DNA of 64,000 bases from Podarcis vaucheri (taxonomy: Eukaryota): assembly GCA_965113315.1 (NCBI GenBank), contig OZ220371.1, one strand, 5' to 3'. How positions within the stretch are numbered: position 1 is the first letter of the stretch; every line of letters starts with the position of its first letter. Below are positions 26,601 through 41,300 of this stretch, one piece after another. The notes below the pieces were generated by a model. It was given only the letters and a program-made list of their open reading frames with translations. It was not told the DNA's origin and searched no databases. Position numbers and translations under genes: made by a program.

Positions 26601-27542
26601 TTTTAATTATGGTTTTATCAGTATTCTTAAAAATATATTAACTGGAAGGAATGTCTTCAAAGTCATGTTTTATGATATCATAGAATTCTCAAGAACTAAA
26701 ATTACAATTGCCAGTATTTTACATACTGAAAACCTGATTTCATTGATTAAACAGCTAAACAAAGGTAGACGGTTCTCTGCAGAATTTTTGAACAATGGTA
26801 GAGTTTGTAGGCAAGTTCTAAAAAGAACCTCAAAAGCAAGTATGAAACCTAACCATGAAACATCTGCTTAGTTCAATGGATAACATGTTTCCTTATTTTT
26901 TAAAAAAACTAAATATAAAATATCGTACTCCTAATTCCAAGAACACTGAATTTGGTCTTTTTACTAAACAATACTTGACACATACAGAAATATCAACAGC
27001 AGTTGGGATCTGCTATTTTTGTTGGAAAGAAACAGAAAAAATCCTTCTATAAATGTTTTTCTGAAGCTAGTCTGCAGCGATCCTAAAAACCACTTTTTTT
27101 AGAACAGTCCCATTGAAATAAGTAGTCTAAGATGTTTTTTCCCCTAAAGTGAGCAACATCTATTGAAATCAAATAAATGGTGAAACTTCTACCATATATT
27201 ATTGGTGTCCAAAGTAGAAACAAAAATAGATATATGAATGGTTTATAAAGCAAGTGATTTCAGATGCTTACATCTCAGGCTCCTTTAGAGAATACCTATT
27301 TAAAAAATGTTTGAACATTTGTTCATGTGTGCTTTATAAATTAAAAGTATTGTCAACAAGTTTCACATCAGGTGTGCCTGTCTGAGTTTCTTATTTGATG
27401 AAACTCTGTGACCCTTTCATTAGAACTAGTTTTTTTTTCTCATTCCCCCATTCAGCACAATCTTATGTGTGTTTACTTAGAAGTAAGTCCTGCTGTGTGC
27501 AGTGTTTCTTATTCCCATGTAAGTGTGCACAGGACTGAGCCT

Positions 27543-27779
<237 letters not shown>

Positions 27780-28308
27780 TCAAATTTCACAGGAATGCTT
27801 TTTTGTCAGTGATTTAAGCCTTTCCTATTTTTATACATCATTATTTCACTTGTAGTAAACGTAAAAGAGGCAAGGTGAATTCAGTCCTCCCCAAAAGAAG
27901 TATGTCAAGTGAGAAGCAAAAAGCAGGTAGCAAGAGTGGTGAGACCAGTGAAAGACTTGAAGATTCAAGAAGCAGAGCTGGAACAGGAACAGCAATGAGC
28001 AATATTTGTGAGATCTACGTATAATATGCTTTGTATATAGGAAGGTAGGCATGAAGAGGAAAGGACAGTGATTAATCATAGTGTAGTGAGAGACATCAAG
28101 GTCAAGAGCCCACAATTATCCACATGGAAAGGGATAATGCATAGAGTCCACATCACTAAACGTAACCCCAGTGTTCTTACAGCTCCCCAGCCATGTTGCT
28201 TAATGCCAATATATGGCCAGACAGAGAGGCCTGGAGATCTGCATTCAGCCTTTGGCTGGCCAGGAAGCTCCCCACCCTATACACATTGCTGGTATATTAT
28301 AGAACTTA

Positions 28309-28548
<240 letters not shown>

Positions 28549-29530
28549 TCAGGTAAATCATCAAGATGCAATCATATGAAAACATCTACCAGGTGTATGG
28601 GATGCCACCAAAGCACATGTGAACGTGAGGCATCATAACTGTTCATCAGCTTTAGAAATACCGTAAATTAAAATCCTTAATTCATACAGAGCTGCTACTC
28701 CCTGACTCCCTGGAGAGTTGCTTTCCAGGCCTGAGAAGAGTCAGTTACATGTACCATTTCTCTGACTCTGTAGAGGAGCTGTTTCACATGTTACAGGAAA
28801 AAAATAGACCCTAGCATTCCCAGAACCTTATTAACATTTGAAGACAAGACAGGCATATACAAATGTATAGGAAACTTGCACTTGACAACTACCTAGAGTT
28901 GTGACACTCATATTCCCAGCACACATGCATATGGCCTGCAAAAAATAAAAGTTTCCTGAAATATGTTTCGCTCAGCTCTTATAATATATGGCATGTGGTC
29001 TACAGGATACCTATATATTCCATACTCAGCATGATTGCTTCTACGTGTACAATTTTTGGCATGTTCGTGTTTGTTATTATCATTCCTTCTTGGCAAGGAT
29101 ATGTTTGTTTGGGCCCAATGCAGCCACTTAGGTACAGTTGAATGCTTGCAACACTCTCGTCCAAAGAGCTGCCCATTTGTGTATGCCTGGAATGTCAATC
29201 AAAGGGGAAGAGGTCAGTGGCAATCAGCTCCCATGCACAAGGGTATGTGGGAAGAGAGTGAGGAGGATACAAAGGGAGACTAGATCATGTTGCAAGTTGT
29301 GCAGCATTAATAGTAGCAGTACTATCTGACCAAATAGCAATTTACCATTCTGAAATGTTGCACTACTTGTGTCATTAATTTCCTCTGAATTATTATTAAT
29401 AATAAAATAATAATTTATATCTCGCCCATCTGGCTGGGTTCCCCCAGCCACTCTGGGTGGCTTACAATATATATAAAAACACAACAAAACATCAAACATT
29501 TAAAAACAAAATATCCTACACAAGCAACAA

Positions 29531-29889
29531 GGTAAAGGTAAAAGTACCCCTGACCATTAGGTCCAGTCATGGCCGACTCTGGGGTTGTGGCGCTCATCTT
29601 GCTTTATTGGCCAAGGGAGCCAGCATACATCTTCCGGGCCATGTGGCCAGCATGACTAAACCGCTTCTGGCAAACCAGAGCAGCACACGGAAACGGCGTT
29701 TACCTTCCCACCGGAGTGGTACCTGTTTATCTACTTGCACTTTGACGTGCTTTCGAACTGCTGGGTTGGCAGGAGCAGGGACCGAGCAACGGGAGCTCAC
29801 TCCGTCGCGGGGATTCAAACCGCCAACCTTCCGATCGGCAAGTCCTAGGCCCTGTGGTTTAACCCACAGCGCCACCCGCGTCCCTTGTC
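29531..29889 (-). mobile_element. Full-length Sauria SINE with 13-bp TSD in GASK1B intron
   Basis: ACACAAGCAACAA duplicated at 29518-29530 and 29890-29902. Confidence 0.92.
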
Positions 29890-31604
29890 ACACAAGCAAC
29901 AAACAAACCAATAAATCAATAGAAACGAACAACAACAATAAACAGTTTACAGTTATACCCAAATTATAATAACCGCCAACCCCAACTAAACATTTAACCA
30001 ACACTAACCCAACAAAAATAAAACAGAGGAACCAAAATTAGAACAGTTTAAAACATTTTAGCCAGTTGCCCCAACCCAAGAGTTGTTCCAGCAATGTCCC
30101 AGTGGCCTCCTAGGAGCCTCTTTTAACTCTTCAAAGTGAGTCTGGGCTCTGCCCCCTAAGCCAGGTGGAAATGGGCCTTGCAGCAGGGAGCAGGTCTTTC
30201 TTCCAGCATTCGCTTCCTTAAATTTCAGTGTGGTAAACTCAGCATGTGCTCTTCCCCAAACATAAATCCATACTCTGTGTCCTTTCATCTTGCTATGGCT
30301 GCTTCAGTTTACCAACACACTCCAGCTACTATTTCTGAATAATGATAATGGTGCCATGCTTTTTGCTAAGCTGAAGTGTTTACGCTACAGGCCCCTAAAT
30401 TTCAAAGTTAATGTGGCTTAAATGCGGTTCCCTAGAGAGAAGACCATTTACTATATACTCCATTACTGAGAGAGAAATATTAATGGTTCCACATGAACAC
30501 ATTGAGACTGCTACAGTCTCTATGCTATTCCTGTATGGCTGTTGCTATGTTTAGTATCCGTACAATAAATACCGTGACTTTCAGTTGGGTGCCAAGCATG
30601 ACATACTCAGGGATATACTGAGAGACATTAGACGTGACAATCTATTTTTAGTTTCGAAATCAATGTCCTATAATAGCCATACCTATAGTGTTTGCATATG
30701 AATTATACTTAAATACTGTATGTACTACCTACGCGCCATTATGAAAACCAGCAACTCAATGATTTCTGCAATTTACAAGTGTGCAGAAAGCTGAATTATT
30801 TTAGAAATCAAAGGACAATTTATACATGTAACTAGAAGTTACAGACAACCAGAACCTTCTCCTGGATTTGCACCAATGGAATGACTGAAAGCTGCATGTA
30901 TAGAAACGGAACTCTAATAGTGCCTTGTTGCCAGCATCACATGCTCTGGATAGTATATTTATTTAAGGATACCTAACCAGGCCTATTTCATGATTTTCCT
31001 TGTAGTAATAGGTAATGATAGAATTAAACATTGCCTCCCATTCTATGGGTTGGAGCTATGACTCCACCCTATAGCTTGTTCTTGTGGTTGCTTTCATTTT
31101 CCCATACTGTTGTGTATAAAACTGTTCATCCATAAACAGCCTCCTGTTCTGGGCTTACAAAGTGAGGAATCTTACCTTGTAAGAACTTAGATGAATGAGA
31201 TGAATAAGGTGACTCCCCTACAAGGTCATTATTTGATCAGGGGTAGGGAAGGAGTTGCTCTGTGGATCATGGTAAAACTCTGAGAATTTCAAGCTCTAGA
31301 CAGTTTCATAATGATGTGCTTGAATTGCCAAGCCTGCGACCTAACATTGCTACTTCCGCCCTAGTCAGGAACACAAGGACTTTGCAGTTCTTAAGAGTAA
31401 AGCCTTGACACAAATGGACCAGAATTTACTAAAGTAAGTGAGTTATAGTGGAAGGGCTAGGACATGTCAACCATTTGCCCCCTGGGTAAGAATTCTCTAT
31501 CATACTTTGTTTTGAATTCTAATTTCTGTAACACCTTTGCATTGCAGATGTTTCAAATGTGGCTCCCTCACCACTATCATTTTTTTATATAAATAGTTTA
31601 TTCA

Positions 31605-31937
<333 letters not shown>

Positions 31938-34900
31938 TCAACCCTTGATCATTCTGTAGGCATTTCCTAAAATCACAGTAGTTTTCCACACATGTTTTTT
32001 TAAAGAGGTATTCTAAAGATGTGGTAGGATGAATAAGAAATCAGCAATGATTTGACTTCCTTTGGTTAATGTGGTCATACTCCACATGTAAAGGAAGCCA
32101 CCACAGGAAAGGAAGAACCCTGGACATTATAATTATCATCATTGTCTGAGAATAACTGCTGACTTTATGCTACAAACCGCTTAAAAAAATCCATCTCTAT
32201 GAGAAGATATATTAAATAGATTAGAAGTGGTTTGACAGGTCAGCAGCTGATGTAAATCTCTGTAGCACATTCAATTTCAACAAAGCAATATTCGTTTATG
32301 AGAGCGTCGTCATTAAATGATATATGCATGAGCAAGCCATGAATTCCATCTTATAACAAATAGATTTATAGCTTCATCTTTACCACTTTGGGATTTTTTT
32401 CCTGTTTAGCGATGTATGATTTTGTAACTACAATGTCTTAAAAGAGGCAGGATGTATAAAAAATATGTGGCTGAATCACTCCCAAAGGTAAACCTACAAT
32501 GAGATTGTTCAGGCTACCCAAGATAAAAGCTAGACACATGGCACAGAGTGCTTTCATGCATTCTTGGTGCATGGTGCATACATTATACAGAACACATTTG
32601 AAAGCGTATGTTTTAAAATCTGCTTAGCTCTGCATTTGGAAGCAGAGGTGACTATGCCTAGTTCTCAAGATCAGACTAAACATGAAGTGGTGGGTGTCTG
32701 CTTTCCCCCTCCCACAGAATTCAAGGGGTACCCAAGGGCCAGACTGGACATAGTTTGTGACATGATCCCTGACAGTGTTCAGATGAGGATGAGGTCCAAT
32801 CCACTTTTCCCAGGGCAGGACCTGCAGTAGCTTCTCCCATGCCCTCCCAACCAAAGGATATGGCCCCTACCTCTTTCCTTGGACTCAGGAAACCATCTTG
32901 AACAGTTCCTCTGTTTCCTAGAGTCTAGGACACACACCACGCAAAAGTCAAAGGATACAACATCAGGCAAAGGCCCTTTAAGGAAAACAACTGGCTTCAG
33001 ATGGTGCCCTGTTGGAGCAACATCTTTCATAGCTCAGTTAGCAAGGCCCATTAGGAGCTGTCCAGGGTCCTGATTCTTGCTGGCTGGTACCTTGCCCAAC
33101 TAGATTTGACCAGCCTTGACCATGCCTAATCTGACCTTCCTGAAAGAAACTTAACTTGATTATACCTTTCCAACTTCCCACATGAGGATGGAACCCTGAG
33201 AGCACAATGGATTAATTTGGTCCAATATAACAGTTTTGTCTTAAAGCAATAAGCCAGCTAGGAAAGCCTCAAGCTGGATTGGAGCTGTGATGTGGGGAGA
33301 GGGGGGATTAAACCCGTTGCCCCCACTGTGGTCCCAGTTGGAACTGGATGCCCGCCACACCATGCTTGCATTTTCTTACTATTGTGAACTGGAAGTGTGG
33401 TGGTGGTGGGCCCAGCCACACAGGAGCAAATGGCATCACAAACATAAAAGAAATGTGCAGGAGAGGGACACTGAGCCTTCCTTCCCTGATGCCCAACCCC
33501 ACTTTACCTTAGATTCTCTCAGTCTCATTCTCCAGGCATTTGTCTCTCTCTTTCCTGCCTACTTCTGCTATGGAAAGGAAGAAAAGCATTTGGAGCAAAT
33601 GACTGTGCGTAGTCAGCTGTGAGAGAAGGAAAGCATCAGCAAACCTCTCTCCCATTTCACTGTTAAAATGAGTCTTGTCCACCAACTTCCAATCCATATA
33701 TGATCAGAACAGAGAATACTCCCTGTGAAAAACATTTCCCTACATAAACAAGCCTAGGTGTGTGGGAGGAGGCTAGGCTGGAAGCTTCTCTCCAGTTTTC
33801 AGGGAGGATTTGTATGTGTAGAAGAGAATTATCTCATATTAGCTCACACCAGCTTTCCAAAGTGGTTCAGCCACGGCACAGATTTCTGTTGGCTTATTTT
33901 CATTATTACATTTATATCACACCTTTCCCTTTGCCCCCAGTCATGACCTACAGCTTTTCCCTCCCTAGCGTTTTTCCCCAGCTGGGTCACATCAGGTATA
34001 TGAATGGGCATTTGGAATGAGGAGATTAAAGGAGGGTGGTGAGGAAGGGCTTGCTCTGTCTAGTGATCAAAGTACATCCCCGTCTCCTCCCCCACTTTCT
34101 AGCCAAACCAGCCAGTATGTCTATAGTCACAGATCATGGGCTGTTTTTCTCCCTGCAAATCAGAGAAGCACATGTCTTCCTTATTCCTCTCCTCTGTACA
34201 TTGACCCAGTCTTGCTTTACAAAAGCACATTCCTCACGTGAAGCCCTTCCTGTTTTTCTTTTTACTTGCTTCCTCCCATGGGCTCATGATAGGGAAGGGG
34301 GATAGAAGAGAGAGAGACAGAGAGACAAAAGTTTTGTCTTGAACAAATGTGAAAACTTGCCATTTGGAAAGAACAAAATGCAGCTAAGGTGAATCAGCGG
34401 AAATGTGTGTGATTCACAGGAAACAGACCTAGCAAACATCAATCATCCCAAACAGTGCTATCTGCAATGTGCTCCACCAAAACAGACTCAACTGAAACAA
34501 ATAAACCTTGTCCAAAGAAATACAGGAGGGGCAAAGCTGGAAGACATTGAGTGTCATATTATAATGTGAATAAAATGAACAGAAAAATAATTTCTTCTGC
34601 AGCCCATCCTAATGGAAATCTTTAGCCATACTGCAATACATTTTCTACTGATTAAGAATTCTGCCAGGTCTTTTTATTGTACATCCATGATTCTTTGTGC
34701 TCATGATGTTACCAGGGTAGTCATATGTGCTGCTGCTTTCAATTCTGCAAAGGTTTTGGTGTAGCCACACTGTTTCATCTCCTATCAGTGCATATCCTGC
34801 AACTTCCTACTAAGCACCCCATAACATTTTATACACAAAAATATTTGTGTTTTTTTGTCCTGCTTTCATTGCACTACAGTTCCTCTGGGCAGCAATAATG

Positions 34901-35704
34901 AGGCAGCATTGGGGAAGAATTACAAATGAAAGCAGAATAAATCCACCATTATTTCACTATTATTGTGTCAAGAGCAAGTTGAAGAAGACTCTCAAAATAA
35001 AACGCCTGTCTGGAGGGGTCCTAAGTCACAGCTACATTAAAGGATCCCTCGAGTGAACAAGGAATCCCCTCAGTAGAAACAGCAAATATAAATGTTTAGA
35101 TAAATGACCCAACAGCTCACATAGCAGATCTACCAGCCGGTGTGACTGAAAGGCCATGTCTCTCACCTCAAAGAATGTCATCTATTTTATTTAGCCTCAG
35201 CTTATATAATATAAACCTTGAGCTAGAAGCAGAAGGCATTAAGCTCCCACACACATATACCGGTCCTCCCAGCAAGCAGACTCCATTAGCATCCAGCCAC
35301 ACTGTAGGCGGGGAATGAAAAGGAAATGGCAACTCTGTGGCCTGCTGTTTTGAGATGCCCCAGGATTGGGTAGGAAAAGCTATTACAGCAGCCATGGGAA
35401 TGCTTGTTCTGCACTGAACCTGGAACCTCTACCCAACCTCCCACCATCCCACCATTTTGACTCTCCATTTCCATTAGAAAAACCATGCAGCATATGGATC
35501 ACACAGAGGTCATAGGAACATAGGAAGAAGCTGCCTTATACTGAGTCAGTCACTGGTCCATCTAGTTCAGTATTGTCTACACCAACTAGCAGTGACTCAC
35601 ACAGTGACACATAGGATTTCTCATCCCTACCCGATGTCAGGGAGTGAAGCTGGGGCCATCTGCACAACAGATGATCTAACTCATGTCCTGTAAGTAGTTG
35701 AGCA

Positions 35705-35842
35705 NNNNNNNNNNNNNNNNNNNNNNNNNNNNNNNNNNNNNNNNNNNNNNNNNNNNNNNNNNNNNNNNNNNNNNNNNNNNNNNNNNNNNNNNNNNNNNNN
35801 NNNNNNNNNNNNNNNNNNNNNNNNNNNNNNNNNNNNNNNNNN
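35705..35842. other. Assembly gap (138 N) in GASK1B intron
   Basis: Run of n. Confidence 1.
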
Positions 35843-36875
35843 TAGCTTGGTGATAAACACAGCATTGCTGACATACCAGCTATTTTTACCTAACTTGGTT
35901 TCCATCTCCATAGCAACTTAGTGCCTCGCCTACACTAATGTATCCTCCAGATTTCCTAATGTAAGAATTGCAGTTTTGTTACATTCTGCTACATAGTCAG
36001 AACATGAAAAAATCACCTTAGAGAACTCTTGCCTGGCTCTTTTCCCTTAAAGGCTTTAATTCCCTTAAAGGCTTTTCCCTTAAAGCCATGTTCTCTTCTG
36101 CAGGTTGAGTCACCTGGTTCTTCAAACACAAGACTTATTAAGCCACAGACTATAAAACCTCCAAAGGATTCAGAACTAAAGTTGCTTTCAGAGGTCCATG
36201 CATACACTTGTAAAGGATGGCAACGCATCAGTAAGATTTTGGGAGTGGCCTAAGCAAAGTAAAAAGGCAAGAGGAACCGAAAAGCCCTTGCTAAAACCCC
36301 AGAGTTGCTGCCATAGACATTTCCATTGTGAAACCATGACAGTATGCCTCACATCCTGTTAAGTTCGCAGGCAGGGAACGATGTAAACTGTAGCCTTTTG
36401 TGTAGCTAGCCATACATTCAAAAATTATTTCTTCTGTTATAGTAGACCCCTGCCTTCCCTTGCATCTGGACACATTAAAAAAATTGCAGCTGAGAAAGTC
36501 ACTGATACAGACAACCATCTCCCAGGATATCAATCCTAGACCTGCAAGTCTATGCAAGTAAAGATGGGGGCATGAATCAAGGGTGCCATAGTGACTTCTC
36601 TAGTTACTGCAGAGTGTAATACCACTTGCATGGCAAATGTGAATCACAGGATGTTGGCTGCATATTCTGGAGTTGGAAAGGGGAAATTCTATGAAGTCCA
36701 GACTAACAAACAAAGGGCATGGGAAATCTGTCGTACGAAGCAGGTTTTCCAATTTAAGGAGGAGTAATATTGTAACCCAGACCTGCACAATATTAAGACC
36801 CACCAAACTAAGCACAGCGCATTCACAATTCATGTATTGTGAAGGTTTAGCAAAATCCTAGCAGCTCACAATTTG

Positions 36876-37324
36876 GGATGGGAGAGAGATTCAATTCCAT
36901 TTGCATTTATAGATGAACCTACGTCATCCACACTTTCAAATCAATATGCAAACTGAAACAGCCATCTTTGGAAATCAACACATACTGTCTCTGAATTTTG
37001 CAATGCAATTCTCGTGCCAAGAAATATGTACAAAATGCAAATGCCAGGGTTAAGTATGCATACAAAAAGTATGTATTCATGAAAAACGGCATTCAAATAT
37101 GCACTATATAAGGTGATTTTTTTTTTGCAAACTTTTGTAGATTAGGCAAAATTGCACACAAAGATGTGCACTGTATATTGGGAGAAAATTGCATCAAAAT
37201 ACTGATGAATTTTCATGCAGGCTTAGTTTTTTAAAAAATAAATAAATCACAAACTGATGTAGAAATATGGAGTGCGAAACTGAGAAACTGAGAAATACTG
37301 AAATTGACAGATTCACCCATCCCT
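36876..37324. mobile_element. AT-rich non-autonomous DNA transposon (hAT-like)
   Basis: gggatggg...cccatccct ends; its right part is the reverse complement of ~6633-6850. Confidence 0.55.
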
Positions 37325-37421
37325 TGTCACAATACAAAGCTAGCAGGGCCAGCCCAAGACATGCAGGAGGGAAAAAATAATTACCGATATGACCTATAGC
37401 TTCTTCTGTGGGGTACACAAA

Positions 37422-38195
37422 TATAAGAATATAAGAAGAGCCTTGCTGGATCAGGTCAAAAGCCCATATAATTCCGTATCCTAGTCACCCAGTGGCCAAC
37501 CAGATGCCTAAGGGAAGCTTGCAAGCAGGGCTGAGTGCAATAGCATTCTCTCTACTTGTGACTCCCAGCAGTTGGCATTCAGAAACATAATGCCTCTCAT
37601 AGTGGAGGGAGAACATAACCATTGTGGCTAGTAGTCACTGATAGCCCTGTCCTCCACTGATTTGTCCAATCCACTTTTAAATCGTGCCATCATTACATCT
37701 TATGGATGCAAATTCCATTGTGTAGCTGTGTGGAGTGTGAAGCAGTACTGTCTCTTGTCTGTCCTGAATCTTCCAACGTTCAGCTTCACTGCATGCCCTC
37801 AGGGTCTAGTATTGTGGAAGAGGGAGGGAAAACGTCTCCCTATCCATTTTCTCTACACCATGCGCAACTTCCACACTTCTATCATTTTCTTTCCTTACTC
37901 ATCTTTTTTTTCTGAACTAAAAACCAACAAACATGTGCTGTGACCCAGTAGAAGCCAAGGTGGGAGTCTCCAGATATTGTTGGACTCCCAGCCTGCATGA
38001 TCACTGGTCAGGGATGAGGAGAGACTGTCTCCGATAGCTTCTAGAGAGTGCCAGGTTGGTTACCCCTGTTGTAACCATTCCTCAGAGAGTGGTTCCAGTC
38101 CCTTGATCACTTTGGTTCCTCTCTTTTCAACCTTTTCCAGTTCTACAACATCCTCTTTGAGGTAAAGTGACCAGAATAGTACACACAGTATTACA
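37422..38195 (-). mobile_element. CR1-type LINE 3' fragment, interrupted by a small hAT MITE (~37950-38068)
   Basis: ataagaatataagaagagccttgctggatcagg tail and a CR1-like body (cccttgatcactttggtt...ttttccagttctacaa); related fragments at ~14020-14270 and ~5420-5705. Confidence 0.65.
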
Positions 38196-38242
38196 GCACT
38201 TGAAAAAACAACAACACATCTACCTCAATCTTCCTTCCTAAT

Positions 38243-38333
38243 GTTTGATGTATTATAGTATTTTAATATTTTTTTGGAAGCCGCCCAGAGTGGCTGGGGA
38301 AGCCCAGCCAGATGGGCGGGGTATAAATAATAA

Positions 38334-38387
<54 letters not shown>
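38243..38387 (+). mobile_element. L2 3' terminal fragment
   Basis: Same 3' motif and (TTA)n tail as 47497-47933; further copies on the minus strand at ~18630-18715, ~29395-29500 and ~56695-56765. Confidence 0.8.
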
Positions 38388-38388
<1 letters not shown>

Positions 38389-41300
38389 CTTTGGCCCCTG
38401 GTAATTACCGTATGTTAAATATCAGGATATGAAAGCAAGCTGTGAACAAATGCAGTTAAATCTGATCCAGGGGGTGCAATAAAACTGAATACTTCAGCAA
38501 GGACAGGTTTTCTCCTTGTCCTTTGCCCAAACATTAATCATAATGATGACGTCCAATTTTAAGCGGGGGGGGGGGGACAACATCGTAAACACGTTGCTTG
38601 CCGGCTACTGCTTCTTTTTTTAAAGGCGGCACTCTGACTATGCTTATCAGCATGTGGCGATCGCTAGAGTAACATGGTAAATGGAATCAATGGAGCTTCC
38701 CCTTCTGTCTGGGCCAAGTTCCCAGCCTCTGTTGGTACAAGACCAATTACGGAGTGAGCAAACACAATGAGGCTAAAAGTCAGTCAGATGCTCTTCCATA
38801 CTAAGTATATTTCAGATGAAGGCAACTCTGAATATGAGCTCGTTCCTTAGCCAGCATTGCTGTGGTACTTTTGCCAGCAACAGCAAGGGTTAAAGTTCTG
38901 CTTCTCACTCGTCTGCAGAGGACGTGAACAGAGGCAATGTTTCTAAGAGAGCTTAAGATGTTTTGTTAGCTCTCGTCCAACAGGGCTTGTTCACATGTTA
39001 CAGTGAACACAGATGCAAGCTGATTCTACACACATACAAGTGTTTGTGTGACAGAAGGTACACGTGGTGATTTGCAGAGCTCAGTTGCTATGTACGCAGA
39101 CTGGAGAGTCGTTGAACATTAACGGGTGGATAACTGTCCATGAGTACAGCTAAACTAGTAGGCACATAATAGTAGTACATTTAGATAGTACATTTGTCAA
39201 GTGTAATGTGTGAACATCGCTACAGCCAACTCTCTTCACAGGTTCAAAACCCTGCGCAGCGCATTTGACTAGAGAGGATCACAAGGCAAGAGGATCTAGT
39301 GTGGCAGTGAAGACTGCCATAGTTAATACCTTCCAATCTGAAAATAATCACAGATTGGAGCAAAACCTGCTGTTGAACAAGTGGATGGCTCTTCTACTCA
39401 TTAATGGTGGCACTCAATTTCTGCCACTCCCCCTACTCCATGAAGCGCAACATCCCGTACTGTCCCCCCAAAGTTCCCAATTATTAAGGAATGGAATTCA
39501 GGAATAGGGCCACGGGGTACTGCAGAGGAAGAGGAACTTGCTTGTAATTCCCTTGGATCCAAGCTATTAGCTATTCCCAACTCTTGCCACCAGCTTTTTT
39601 TCCTGACAACATTTGTGTTTCAACACCGCCAAAGAAACCTGTGTCTTCACCATTTCAGTGACTTGCTCTGTTGGTGGATAAAGAGGCCTTTGCCAAATCA
39701 AGTCCATGTTGCAGAACATAGAGCTATAAATAGTAAAATACTCTGCATGTCCGGAATCTTTTTGTGCCTTGACATTCCTGTTGTACAGCTTATTTTATTA
39801 TTTGCTTTTAATTCCCCCATGCTAATTCCACTTTTCTGCCCAAGTGGCCCTCAGGATGGCTTCCCTCACATTTACACACACCCCATAGTTCTCCCCACAC
39901 ATCCATCATTTCCCTGATTATTCATTTCACCATTAATAGAAAGCCCTCCTTTAAAGTGGAATCTTTTCCTTCCTTACGAATGAGTGGCTCTGCTAAGTAA
40001 AAGCATCAAACCTGGGTGCTGGAGTAGACCCAAGGAGAAGCAGGTTCAGACTTCTACTCAGTTTGACACTCCTTAGGTAACCTCAGGACAGCCCCTGTCT
40101 CTCAACCTAATCCAGCACCCACAGGTTGCTGTGAGGAAGCAGCAAGATAAAAGAAAATATACAATATATAAAAACTCCTGCTTTCATATTTCCTCAGGCT
40201 GAGATCCAGAGAACCATGTTCCTCTAAGGTTTGGACATTTTTATAACAAACAATTTCCCCCATGCACTCTCTTCTTTTAAAACGTAGAGATCTGGGGGCA
40301 GCCAACCAACCAACCAAATAAAGCCCCAAACAGATCTTTGACTCCTGGACCTATTCCACCCAAAGTATACATATATTAGAAACCTTTATTCTTATCTTTG
40401 CCACTGCTCACAATCCAGGCTCAGCAAACACAGATGGCTGAGGAATTGGATCTATGCACTTGCTGCAAGTTTGTCTCCCTTAATACATACCTATTTGTTC
40501 ATCCTCCTCCACTGCCCCACCCCCCTTGGGATGAAGGGCCTTCATTCAGCCAACATCACATGTGAGCTCAGGGACAAAAGCAGCAAGTTTGCAACTGACA
40601 TTACGAATTATGGTTTGTTTGCTTTGCAAGTCAGAACTATGGGAGGCTTCCCTCTCTTGCAGCCCCCATGCCTTTATAAATTTTGATCTGTCAACAGTAA
40701 TGAATCTTAGGGGGGAAAGTTGTCAGGAGTCAGCTTTCCCTTCTAATAATGCAGACGTGTCACAGAACAATGTGAATTAATTCTCTTGATTTAGAAAGGT
40801 TCACAATTCATTTGGGCAACTGCAAACAGAGTGCATTTTGTTAGCCTGTCAAATGTGAAAAGGACTTCAGGCAGGAGCGGGGTAAGGGGGGAGCAAGGGG
40901 GGATGCAAGCGAAAGTTGCTTTATATGAGCTTCCTAAGTGCATCTCTGAAAAAAGGCTTCCACCAAATGAATGACAGCTTTGAGGAGCTTATTTTGTGAG
41001 ATGTTAACATGGCAGCAAATTTGTCTTTATATATCACATCGGTGCTGAGGCAGGCTGAAACGGAGACATCGCGTGGAGATGTCAACCCCAAAGCTGGATT
41101 TCAACAGACAGGGAAAGTCACTGGGTACAAATGTTTCTGTAACCTCACCTGGAAATACATTTGCTGAATAAGAGAGAACTGAAGAGTCCAAATGAGAATT
41201 TATTGATTATCTCATGTGTTTGATTTTCTTGATTTATATGTACTCATTTGTGGGGGGTTTTGTATATACTGCTTTTCTATCACAGAAATGTGGGGGTCCA

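Noticed and set aside
24600-27542. Exact GASK1B 3'UTR end and poly(A) site
   Set aside because: A minus-strand AATAAA exists at ~25321-25326 and UTR-like AT-rich sequence extends further, but the site cannot be chosen without transcript data.
29457-29969. 170-aa ORF and similar ORFs at 935, 11487 and 23293 (MASMTKPLL...) resembling a gene family
   Set aside because: All are translations of Sauria SINE copies.
36040-36087. Three copies of CCCTTAAAG(G)
   Set aside because: Short local tandem duplication with no further support for function.
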